A model generated the notes under the pieces. The model searched no databases. It had not been told where the DNA came from and worked only from the letters and a program-made list of their open reading frames with translations. Below are positions 34,770 through 47,000 of a DNA stretch of 64,000 nt, piece after piece. Position numbers and translations under genes: made by a program. Positions within the stretch are counted from its first letter, which is position 1. The number at the start of each line of letters is the position of its first letter. Source of the DNA: Octopus sinensis (taxonomy: Eukaryota); contig NC_043009.1 in the NCBI RefSeq assembly GCF_006345805.1, forward strand, positions 47,306,001 to 47,370,000, in the 5' to 3' direction.

Positions 34770-37700
34770 GTCTGTATTTATTTGAGTGTGTATGTGTATA
34801 GATAGATATAAATTTAAATATCATTATAATGCCAGAAATCATCACACATATATAAACATACATGTTTACAGATTGCAGGAACACAGAGCTAAATCTCAGA
34901 GACAGATGTATTTTATATTAGGTTAGAGAAGGTGCTGCACAATAGACTAATATCAAATATAAAAGGTAAAAAAAAAGAGGTAAAAAAAGAGGAAAAAAAT
35001 GTCAACAGAAACATAAATTAAAATCCAAAATCTGGTTTTGATAATCAGGTAAAAGAAAGAGGGAGTCTCTGTGTGATTGTTTACCCCACCAAAAAAAGCA
35101 ATCAGATTCTCTCAGCTCATACTCTCCTCATCTTGGAAAAGGAAACACATCAGATAATGTAGTTTTAAATACAGAAGGTGAAAGGATGGCTGTAAATGGA
35201 ATGTTTGATCATGTCCAGTGAATTAGGCCCAGCCTAAGGCTAAACAACAACAACAGCAACACTAAGTAGTGAATGCATCAGCAGTGTTGGGCGTCTGGTT
35301 GATTCCAAAGTTTAAAAAAATTTTTTTTTTTTATATAATTTCTTCAAAATTGGATTTTATGCTATACTACTAATGTACCTCAATAATAGTACTATGACTT
35401 TCATATTTTCTCAATTTTGGTTATAGAAGAAAATTTGTTGCAATAACAATTGACATTTATTTTAATGCTAGTGTAGTACCAACTAAAAATATCAAGCTTT
35501 ATATCTTAATCTTTCAACTTCAAGCTTTGCTTCATTGTCTTACTGTCTTACATTTTTTTGCTCACCAGACTGTTCTCACCTTCCATCTATCTAACCAGCA
35601 TCTATTTGTAATAATTTCTCTCTTCTGTCCTCTTAGCATGACAGCAAACAAAAAGAGACGTGATTTAGTATTTTATTTATAAAGATTCAAGTTTATCTCA
35701 TTATAATGTTCAGTTCATATTGTTTTTGCTGTTGTTTAGCCCCAGGTCAACCCTAACCAAGTAGATCTATAATCAATTGTGTTCCAGCTGTGACCATCCT
35801 GTCATTTATTCAGTATTTCTAGGATTACATTATTTATCCAAAGACAATAAGGGTGTGTTTTGAGTGTGATCTAGTGGCCATTTCTAGCAGGGTGAGCAAT
35901 CACATGGAGTCTTCTTGTAACAATATGTAATATACTTGTTAAATGATAGGTATGAACAGACAAGGATGCCTAGAAGTAAATCTAAAATAAGGAATTTTAC
36001 AAGAAGTTGTGGTAATGAGATTCTTCAATAATAATAGTGTAGGTTTTGATTTTGCTTTGTCTTTCTATCAATGAATAATACAATTTTAATTAATTTCTAT
36101 TACCTATAGTAACAAGAAATAGAATAAGTAAATGGAAGGAAATGAGGAAATTCCTTCTGAGTAAATAAATATGAAAAAAAAAAAGATGAAAACTTGTTTG
36201 ATAAATCAAATGTTGGTTAGGGATTTGGTTCCTGTCATCTAAAATATTCAGAATTTTTCCAAAGATTAATAAACATTTTGATAATAAAAAAAAAATGACT
36301 GTTGATTGGTAACGATAAGAATTCCCTAAATATTTAATGATTTCAAAGGAAAAAAATCCAGTGAGATGTGAAACCTTACAATTGAAGATGTCATATATAT
36401 ACCTATATATATATCCCTTCAGACATTATTATGTGGATAAGCCATTTCAATAAATAACTGATACTAGATGCAGATTCTGTTCGCTAAGTAGCCACCATAC
36501 AAGTGCATCATATCAGAAATGAAGATAATGATGACGCTAATGACAATTATGACGATAATAAATAAGAGCAGCTGTAGTTTTTCCTTTCTGAATTAGGGGC
36601 AAGTCCATAATAAACTTTTTTATACTATTATCCTTATCTTCAGAAATGAAACATTTTTAATACCTACCTCTAAATTTTGTTTCGTTTTCTAATCATCATC
36701 AATAGTTTTATTTCTGGGTGTGTATATAATATCAAATTGTATTTGAAAAGAAAACTTCACTTTTTAAACTAAAATAGTTTAGAAATACTGGATTCTGTTG
36801 GAAATGAGTTTGATACTGTGTACACATTCAGGAACAAGACACTTGGTGATGATCAGAGATCAAACTGACTGAAACATGATATAGATGTAAATTTGAAAAA
36901 AATGTGAAAGATAATTAACTTTACTTAAGGCCAAGGTCTAATTAACCTCAACTAAAAATTAGGTTGATTAATCTGAAAAATGATAACTTTAACAACCCAT
37001 TTCAGATATATACTAGTTTTTGGAATCTAGTCAGCTATACTTGAGTTAACATGAGAGAAAAATTGCTTATACCAGGATAATCCAAGATCAACAACTGAGC
37101 TTTGTAATTCACTGCCTTTATATATTTTCTAAACCCAATGATTTATGAATGTTTCAGGATCAATTCTTCAAAATAGTACCAGAGTTAACCAAACAAGGAT
37201 TCTGTGAAGACAGCAGTTTTATGAAGTTATTAAATCTTTGATCGATTACAACAGTCTTACTATACCCATAAACATTGGCATAATAAGATCATTCAACCTC
37301 ACACCACACACACATGCACACACACACACATATACATGCACAGAAATTGTGAAATTGTTATGAGCACCATGCAAATGCAGTCAATGAGGTTGAAGACGAA
37401 GTGATTATGATGCAGGACTTCCCTGTGTACACAGAGAGAACAATCAAAAACAAATTGGATATCTGGTATGATTATAAAGGATATAGTATGATTGTAAAGA
37501 TACAATATATAGCTACTATTAACAGATACAGCAACCCTTTCAAAAATAATATCTTTACAAAGAGTTTAATAAATTAATGAAATTTAAGGACTTCATCATA
37601 AAAATTTCAAAATTGTGGCAGATGAAAACAACAAATATCTTGGTAGTAATTAAAAAATAATAAACCATTAAATTATTAATGGCTAATATGTAGGGAAAAT

Positions 37701-38130
37701 ACCTGGTAACATGAGCTGCACAAAATACAAAAGATTGTCCTTACCAGCACTACCACATTCGTTGAAGAGCATTATCCACATTATAAACAAGTTAGAAGAT
37801 ATCTTATATAAATTCTGTTGATAATATTTCACGTTTATATCATGAAATAGAGAAATTATGTGGAATCTCTTTTCTGTGATTGTAGAATAGTCCAAACCAT
37901 GAGTAACCTGCTGGTTTGCTAATTACTGGATTCCAGTTGCTGTTTGGTTGATTTGAGAAATAACACAAAGAGTGTGTAAAACAGAGTAATCAAAGAAAAG
38001 AAACCCTCTGTTTATGCTTATTATTGTTCTGTAGATATCCTGCAAGTTTTTATTTTATTCATTTTTACATAATTGAAAATTTGTTGCAGTTGTGTAACCC
38101 CAATCAACCTTGCATTGTATATATATGTTA

Positions 38131-38222
<92 letters not shown>

Positions 38223-38352
38223 ATATATATATATTTTAAATATATATTTTAAAGTATACCTGTCATGTATTGCTTTCCTTAAGTCTTTGAATGAAAACAA
38301 CACCAATAACTAATAATAATAATGATAATAATAATAATAATAATAATAATAA

Positions 38353-38600
38353 GCCAAAATATAGACAAATGGCTCAGTAAGCCAAGATAAGACAAATGGC
38401 TGAAGGAGATTGAAACAGAATGTCCGGTAGAGCATTTCCAGAAAGTTTGTCTCTTAGGGACAGCAAGGATTATCAGGAGGGTTCTAAGCATTTGAAAGAT
38501 TGCTGAAAACTTGCAGATACCTAAGGTTACAGGTAGTAACCCACTATCCACCTAATTCCTACCAGGAATAAGATCGAACCTGAGCCAAACCAAAATAATA
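38353..38600 (+). mobile_element. R4/Dong-clade non-LTR retrotransposon 3' end in (TAA)n
   Basis: 38394-38495 translates KWLKEIETECPVEHFQKVCLLGTARIIRRVLSI*; flanked by TAA repeats. Confidence 0.75.
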
Positions 38601-38619
38601 ATATTAATAATGATTCTTT

Positions 38620-38825
38620 CTAATTTTTGACCCAAGGCCAGCAATTTAAGGAGGTGGGGGTTAAGTTAATTACATTGACCTCAGTACTTGACTGGTACTT
38701 TATTTTATCAACCCAAAAAAGGATGAAAGGCAAAGTTGACCTTGGTGGTATTTGAAATCAGAACATAAGAAGCCAGAAGCATTTAGTCTGACATGCTAAC
38801 GATTCTGACAGCCCACTGCCTTAAT
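38620..38825 (-). mobile_element. SINE family C
   Basis: ggatgaaaggcaaagttgacct core on the minus strand. Confidence 0.8.
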
Positions 38826-38826
38826 G

Positions 38827-38872
<46 letters not shown>

Positions 38873-38923
38873 TAATAATGATAATGATAATAATAATGTA
38901 CGTAAATGATCTAAAATACATAC

Positions 38924-38963
<40 letters not shown>

Positions 38964-39559
38964 TTGTAGAGAGAGAGAGAGAGAAGAAATGGTGATTGAA
39001 AGCAAGACGGAATATTTTTCAAAGGAAAAAAAAAAAAGATTATTTTCTAGTTTCATTTTCTTAAAATTTCTCATTTGCATTGAATAGAACAAAAATAAGA
39101 GAAACAAACATGAGATAAACAACAACAACAACAACAAAAAAGACCCAAAGAAAGTAATGATGGTCTGCACCAGCAGACAATGTTTATAAACTCTGCATGG
39201 TTTGTATACTATGGGGGGAAATATTATATTTTCAGTGCTTTCATAAGCCTTTAAAGAAAAAAAGGTATTTTTTTTTCCATTGAAGGGCTTTGCTTGACAT
39301 ATCAGGATCTTTGTCTCCCTAAAACAGACAAATTTATTCAAATTTGTGAGCTTTTGTAAGAGGAATATTTTAATGAAGCTCTTTGTTAAGAATTGATTGG
39401 GTAAACTGAATAAAAGATAAGACAGAAGTTGAAAACACATAACGTATGAGGTAGATGTTTATGTTGAATGAGAATATGATATACAAAAAGTATTCTAATT
39501 TGCTTGAAGCATTGCAATATGTGTACATCAGATAAATGTTAGAAAAAAGAAGAAAAAAA

Positions 39560-39956
39560 TTTGAGCAATGCAGGTGAGGAGTTAAGCAAAATATCTAAGG
39601 TGATGTCAATGAATGAAAACAAGGAAAGATGTTGTTTGTATTATTTTACTTAAATTGTTTAATGATCATATAATATTTTGGGGAAAAAATTTCCCTTTTC
39701 AAATAGAACAAAAAAAAACAAACAAACAATTATGTTGTTATTAATATGGTAACACATAAGAATAGCCTGTCAATAACACGTTTCTCCAAACTCTTTTAAT
39801 TACTTTATTCTTTCTATTTGGAAAGGGTAATTTTTTCCAAAATATTTTGGGATTATTAAACAACTACATCAGGTAATACTTTATCTTTGCTCCCTGTTTT
39901 CATTTATTGATATCACTTCACATATTTTGCCTAACTTCTCACCTGCACTGCCCAAA
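39560..39956. repeat. Old fold-back element with ~150-bp diverged inverted arms
   Basis: tttgagcaatgcaggtgaggagttaagcaaaatat is mirrored by atattttgcctaacttctcacctgcactgcccaaa. Confidence 0.8.
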
Positions 39957-40334
39957 GGTCTTTTCAAACATTTATCTCACTTATAAATATGTAAAGGATG
40001 TTAAGAAATAGATAAGTATTAGAGAAATAAAATGAGAGAGAATAAAGTTGAAGTGGGGTTGAATAGGAAAACAGAATATCAACAAAACAAGAAAGAAATA
40101 CAACAGATCTTTTCCAAATGAAAAGCAATAATGATTTTTTTTTATATAGGTCTAAAGCCTGAGATTTTCAAAGAGAAAAGAAATAGGAAGATGTGATGTG
40201 ATGTTTAAGCCTTTCCCAAGGGCTTAAATAATATGGATAAAAAATGTATCCAGCTAAGAATCAAAACTTGTTAATTGAAACCACCATGATCTCATCTTTG
40301 GGGATTACATCAATCATGATGCTGATAATAATAA

Positions 40335-40368
<34 letters not shown>

Positions 40369-40985
40369 TCTTTTATTTGCTAAATGGGCAACAGATGAAG
40401 CTATATTACAAGGACGAATTCCAGAAGACAGTAGGGTGGTTTATACCTAATAAATTATAGGAGGGAAGTGGGTGGGGTGTGAGGGTTGGGAAACAAAAGG
40501 TATATACCAGGTGTGAAATAAAGCAAACACTAATTATAGAATAATAATATCAACTAATGATGTTAATAAAAGTCATTATTTACACTTATATATTTTCCTT
40601 TTTGATTTAATAATTTAAAAAAATGTTTTAATGTTTCTCAAAGGGATGGTGGAGGGAATTGCAAAGAAAATAGAGAAATAGAAAAAAAATCTAAGACAGA
40701 ACAAAATGAAAAAAAAAGAAAAGGAGATGTATCAAAAACAATTGTAAATATTCTTCTGGTTAGAAAATAAACTAACACATGAACACTTTGGCTTTGATGT
40801 TGTTTGTTGGGATTCTTTTTCATTTGGGGTTCAAAACTACATTAATTTTTCTACACTTCTATGTACCCCAACCCCAAGAAAAAAAATCATTGATTGCTGT
40901 TAGTCATATATTATTTTGTTTTTGTCTCAGATATATCCTGTTGATAAAGATTCTGTAAGTTTGTGTGTATGTGTGACTGTAAATA

Positions 40986-41017
<32 letters not shown>

Positions 41018-41996
41018 TGGGGTGGAGGAGGGAGTGTGTTGAAAATCACATGAGATGTTTCATCTGCCATAATCAGTGAAAAAATTAGAACCTGTTTAAA
41101 GTAAAGAGTGAATATCTGTACAATAGTAAATTGCAGCATTTGTGAAACAGAAAACACAGCTGGACAGAGTCATGTCCTCGATTTCAAGCGCAAAAAAAAA
41201 AAAAAAAACCCAATATTTTTTTTTATTAATTTTTAAACTTTTTTTTTTTTGTAATTCTCAATGACAACAAATAATGTTGTAAAATTTTGTTTAAAGAAGT
41301 TCCAAATCTGACTAAGAGCAAAGCTGAAACAAGGATCTTTTGATGAGAGAAGAATGCAATTTAGACAAAACAGCAAAAAGAGCAAGCCGATAGCAAAGAG
41401 AAGTGAAAGGAAATATATTCGAAGTAACTAATATACAATGTAATTCGTCCAATTAGTCTCCAAGAAAACCTCATTTCAGCTACTATACATTTAAAGAAAT
41501 TTATTTACATTGAGGGAGAAAATTAATTTACATTGGCCTTTTGACATGCTCCCTTCACCTCATTAAAATAATCAAACTGATTATTATTATTATTATTATT
41601 GTTTTAGATAACAATCTTTATTATATTACTTTGCTATATTCTGCACCAATTACTGTTGTAGAAGGACTGTTTTAGAAAGTGCAGTATTGTGCAGAACTGT
41701 AGCTGTTACATAGAAGAACGGTGGATCTTTAATGTTATACCTGTCGCAGCACTGCATAGAAATAGAGAGTGCAGCAACATGTTGTCATCGTTTACAGAGT
41801 CATTAGAGTATGTCATACATGTGCTTTTAAGGTCACACAGTCCAGAAAAAGATTGTTTTGCTACAACAACATTGAATTGTCCAAAAAAATATTTAAAGGA
41901 GATTACGAATATAGTTATTATATTGCATCGTTAAAGATTAAAGGGTTAGCATCTAACCTGAGATGATCTGAACTGATTATGTGCGTGCACACACAC

Positions 41997-42027
<31 letters not shown>

Positions 42028-42088
42028 CACACACGCACATTACATACACATCATATATATATAATTATATATGTTGTATATGTATAAT

Positions 42089-42163
<75 letters not shown>

Positions 42164-44034
42164 GCATATATATGTATATATAATGCACATATACATTTAT
42201 ATTAGAGTGAGGTTAGTTGATGGGAGTCTTATCCATTAATATGTACATTTTTTCATTATTTATGTACACAACACACTATTTACATATACATCTGTGATCT
42301 GCAGCCAAATAAAATGACCCAAAAATAGACAATATATTTAATATATTGCCTGGCATTACACAACATGATCCAGAACCTAGAATATCTATGAATAACTTTA
42401 GTATTGTAAAGTGATCAAATTTCAATAACAGACTCTGAATATCATTTTAAATTTTTAAATTCAAATGGAAAAAAAAAAGAAAAAGTTTTGAAGGGTTAAT
42501 TTTTACCCTAATCATTTTATACATCATTAAATAGAGATTAATGATAATGATGAACTAATGATGATGTTCATGAGATTTTCAAAGTGATTTTAAAAAAGCA
42601 AATTGATTGGGTATGAAAAAAAGCCATTGACTTTTAAATGGAATCAGTTTGGTGAAGGAAATAGAATGATTGTAATAAAAATAATATCAATGAATGAAAC
42701 ATGAAACAGAATTTTTTTGGTATAAATGAAAATATAGGATATTTTATTTTTTCTGTTTAACTAAGATGCCAAGAGAATACATTATTGAGCTTTCTTTCAA
42801 TGATAACATGGTTTGAATTGTGAATTGTGTTTAACATGATAAAGAATCTCAGTGAAAGTAAAATAATATAATTCAGAGAATAGTATATTTGCTTATATTT
42901 GAAATTAATATGATGGAATAAATCATTAGAGCATTATGAGAGTCTTTGGTTTTGATTTGTTATGTTTTTGTTCTTCTTTTTGAAGGAGATAAAAAAATAC
43001 GGTTTGAATTACATTTAAGAAAAACTCTGGGAAATTTTAATGAATATACACTTTCTGATATATTTGCCATTGGAAAAAGGAAAAAAAAAAGAGAGATAAA
43101 AAAAACAGACATCAAAGAAAAAAATGTATATTTCTTAAAGAATTTAATTCATCAAAGAAATAAAATAATAAAAGCAATTGTTTTAGAGTAGGAGAAAAAA
43201 AGAGTTGGAATAAATAATTCAACCAAATTATTCTTAGTGAATTATAAAATAGAAGTGTACGTTAAATAGAAATGGCATGAAGAAATGGTAGCATATCTTG
43301 GGAAAGGTCGTCTAGGTTCTGGATCAAATAATGAAGATGGTAGTAGAATATGGTGTCACAGTGTTGTTTGTAATGAGAGAAAAATAGAAGCATGCATTCG
43401 TTGTCAGCCAGAGAATCATAGTGATTCATGCCAGCCACTTGAAGATAAAAGAAATCTAGAGAAATAAATATATAAAACTAACTATGCTTGTTACCAAAAT
43501 TGCCAACAGTCAGTAAAATGTCTCAGATCAGCCCAAAACAAAACAAAAAAAAAAAATCTTGTCAATATTTTTACTTTTTCAAAGTATTTCAGTGAGAAAT
43601 TTAAATGAGAACCTCACCCCCAAAAGATAAAAAAAAAAAAGTAACCCTTTTTAATTAAAGCAAAAAAATAAATTGGAATTTTATATGAAAACTAATTTTT
43701 TTTCTAAAAGCCTTCCTCTAACTGAAAAAAAAAACAAAAACAGAACTTAGTGTACTCTGAAGTTATGGCTTCTTTTTTTCTTTGATTCCAAGAAAATAAA
43801 ACAAGGGAAATCAGGAAAGGTACTTAAATCCAGATCAAATTTACACACATGTACCATTTTCTGAAATAGAGTAATCCAAAATTACACAAGTCTATGTTGA
43901 CATAATCTTATGCACACTTTAGATGGAAATCCACATCTATCCATTTGTATGTGTATGGCTTAAGCATGCTTATATATACATACATACACACACATATATA
44001 TATATACATACATATATGTATATATACACATATA

Positions 44035-44262
44035 TGTGAAGGCATGTGGCCTAGTGGTTTGGCTGTTGTCCTCATGATCACTAGATTGTGGGTTTGATTC
44101 CCTGATTGGGTGGCACGCTGTGTTCCTGAGCAAAGCACTTCATTTCACATTGCTCCAGTCCCCTTTTGATCAGGAGGGATTTGAAGGCTAAAACAATGCA
44201 AAAGTGCATTGTGACCAGTGATGTATAACATCTGATAGCTTGGTCAGTCACATGATCACGTG
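44035..44262 (+). mobile_element. SINE family D
   Basis: ggcatgtggcctagtgg head; cctgagcaaagcacttcatttcacattgctcc core. Confidence 0.8.
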
Positions 44263-44329
44263 ATATATATATATATAGAACAATAGATAAATATATACAT
44301 ATAGATAAGTATATACATAAATATGTATA

Positions 44330-44522
44330 TACATTCAAAATGTGACCGCATGTGTACTGTTGGTGATTTTTTTCCTGTCTTCCCTTCTCTTATGTTTCCG
44401 ACGAAGAGCTCTGCTCGAAACGTTAAACCCTCCTTCTTTCCTGAGCGTCCAATAATACTATATTTGTTCCACGTCCTCGCGTTGTTGTGTTTTTTGTGCT
44501 CTCTTGTTTGGATTAACTTTAT
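44330..44522 (+). mobile_element. Penelope-type terminal repeat with the best-preserved hammerhead-like motif
   Basis: Motif at 44394-44428; its 3' tip recurs inverted at 62105-62200. Confidence 0.6.
44394..44428 (+). ncRNA. Minimal type-I hammerhead ribozyme-like motif (variant core)
   Basis: GTTT-CCGACGA-A-GAGC-TCT-GCTC-GAAA-CG-TT-AAAC: stems I and II intact, palindromic ACGT stem III; U4>C and a GUU triplet deviate from consensus. Confidence 0.5.
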
Positions 44523-45214
44523 ATACATAAATACATATATATACATGCATATACATATATCTATATATACACATGAATAAATATATCAGCATGAATATAT
44601 ATACATACACACATCCATAAAGATGCCTGTGTGTATATTTATGTCTGACAGAATATGAAGCAGATACATCATTGCAGTAACAGACTAAATAAAATACAAG
44701 AAACAAATTTGGTACTGTCTATGTTTTTTGCTTGAATATTTAACCATCACAGCCAAAGCACTGCTTAAAACTGCCTTTTCCTTATGTGTAGATTAAATCT
44801 TGATTACTGGAAAACTTCAGCTAATGATAAACAGTAGAGTCAATGCTAGATTGTTTGAATCTCTAAAACCAAATCTAAAACAAAGCTAAGTTACCATCAT
44901 GTAGTGTTGTTGTTTAACCATGTGTCAGTCCTGACTGGGCAGATCTATGATCAATAGTAGTAAAACTGTGATCAACCTATCTTTTTTCCTCCAGACTTCT
45001 AGGACTGCATTATCTTATGCGTTCTCTCTATTTTAAGATGGGTAGGGGGAAGGAAAGGTGTAATTTGAGGGAGATTTGGCTGCTATTTCTATCAGGCCGA
45101 GCGACCACATAGAGACTCCCTTTTCGTTTTTATAAACAGGTGAAATGGAAACCTTTTTACTGTTGAGTTTGTTAATACTTTCAGCAAAGAAGTTAGTACA
45201 ATTTAATTATTATG

Positions 45215-45475
45215 CTCCGTGCCGGTGGCACGTAAAAAGCACCATCCGAGCGTGGCTGTTCGCCAACCTCGTCTGGCACCTGTGTTGGTGGTACGTAAAA
45301 AAGCACCTGCTACACTCATGGAGTGGTTGGCATTAGGAAGGGCATCCAGCTGTAGAAACACAGCCAGATTTGACTGGCCTGGTGCAGCCTTCGGGCTTTC
45401 CAGACCCCAGTTGAACCGTCCAACCCATGCTAGCATGGAAAGCGGACGTTAAACGATGATGATGATGGTGGTGAT
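45215..45475 (+). mobile_element. Family B element
   Basis: Two tandem units plus 3' end and (GAT)n tail. Confidence 0.85.
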
Positions 45476-46365
45476 GAATTAATAGAAGTGTGGCATGACT
45501 GATTGCCTCAGTCTTTTCACCCCACTAATATTACAGTGTGCCAGTCAATTTCTTTAGTTTCTAATATAAAATCAGTGTCCTGTCTAAAACTAGGGCTTCT
45601 TCAAAATCAGTGTCTCTTCTAATCCTGTGCTTTACCTGAGACCACACTATCTCTCACTCTCTTAATATCTTTATCATTTAATACCAGCAAGCCTCGCTTA
45701 ACATTATCTTGTTGCACTCAAGGACACCGAATCACATTCTATACTATTTTCTCAATGCAATGGTTCCACTGTGCATGGCACTATATATTATAGCAGTTAG
45801 CAAACCAATATGCATGCGACAGTGGAAGTGGTGCACGACAGCAAACTGGTGCACTGTAATATGTAGCTAACTGCATTTCAGAAAAATAAAATTAATTTTA
45901 AAATATGTGTCTTTTCATAATGATGCTCTTTTTTTTTTCTTTTGAAAATAAAGAAATAAGTGCTTAATAATAATTTTCTGCAGTTTAAATTACTAATATT
46001 TATAGCATGAATACATAAATATCATTTTTTCCATATTTTCTTTTTACACTATGCATAAAACGCTCCTAAATATTTTTTATTTGGCTTAAAGTATGCTACA
46101 ACTAAAAACAAATGCAAAAAACAAAACTGAACCTAAAAAGAACACAGCTAACAAACAATTTAGTGACTACTGTCTTGTCTCATGTAAACCATCGTGTCCT
46201 CGATCAATATCATTATGATATGAAGAAAGCTATAATGAAATCTAATGTGATATTTTATAATTTGGTTATTATAAGAATAAATTAAAATGGCTGTGTTGTT
46301 GTACATTTACTGAGTCACTGTATAATATAAAGTCATACATATAAAGCATCCCACTTTCTGTTTTC

Positions 46366-46405
<40 letters not shown>

Positions 46406-46420
46406 CATTATTACTATTAC

Positions 46421-46454
<34 letters not shown>

Positions 46455-46456
<2 letters not shown>

Positions 46457-47000
46457 GGTGGCGAACTAGCAGAACTGTTAGGATGCAGGTCAAAATGCTT
46501 AGCAGTATTTTGCCTGTTGCTATGTTCTGAGTTCAAATTTCACTGAGGTTGACTTTACCTTTCATTCTTTTGGGGTTGATGACATAAGTACCAGTTATGC
46601 ACTGGGGTCGATGTAATCGACTCGCCCCTTCGTCTAAATTTCAGGCCTTTTGCCTTCAGTAGAAAGGATTATTACTATTATTGATGAAGGGTTTGAAGTA
46701 TGGTTTGGTTGAATGTAAGACATTATGGCTTTCAGGATTATGGGTGACTAAAAGTAGAATATTTATGTTTCAAAAAAAAAATGTGGTGAGCTGGTAGTCA
46801 TTAGCACACTGGTTAAAATGCTTAGTAGCATTTCATCTGTCTTTACATCCTGAGTTCAAGTTCTGTTGAGGTTGATTTTGCCTTTCATCTTTTTGGGAGT
46901 TGATAGATTAAGTAGTGGTCAAGCACTGGGGGTCGATGTAACTAACTAGCCAACTCTCCCAAAATTTCAGGCTTAAGCCCTTAGTAGAAAGGATTATCAT
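46455..47000 (+). mobile_element. Two family C SINEs following a (TTA)n tract
   Basis: Head and core motifs twice. Confidence 0.8.

Noticed and set aside
36780-37900. Several coding-looking short frames (for example EVEDEVIMMQDFPVYTERTIKNKLDIW)
   Set aside because: They are interrupted by stops, have inconsistent splice signals and match no family I recognise.
39286-39355. Candidate plus-strand 70-bp exon (LCLTYQDLCLPKTDKFIQICEL) with good splice signals
   Set aside because: No recognisable homology and no linkable neighbouring exons; it needs RNA-seq or tBLASTn support.
43270-43467. Cys-containing 60-65 aa ORF (MVAYLGKG...CQPLEDKRNLEK)
   Set aside because: No known motif, weak acceptor, and the opposite strand is similarly open.
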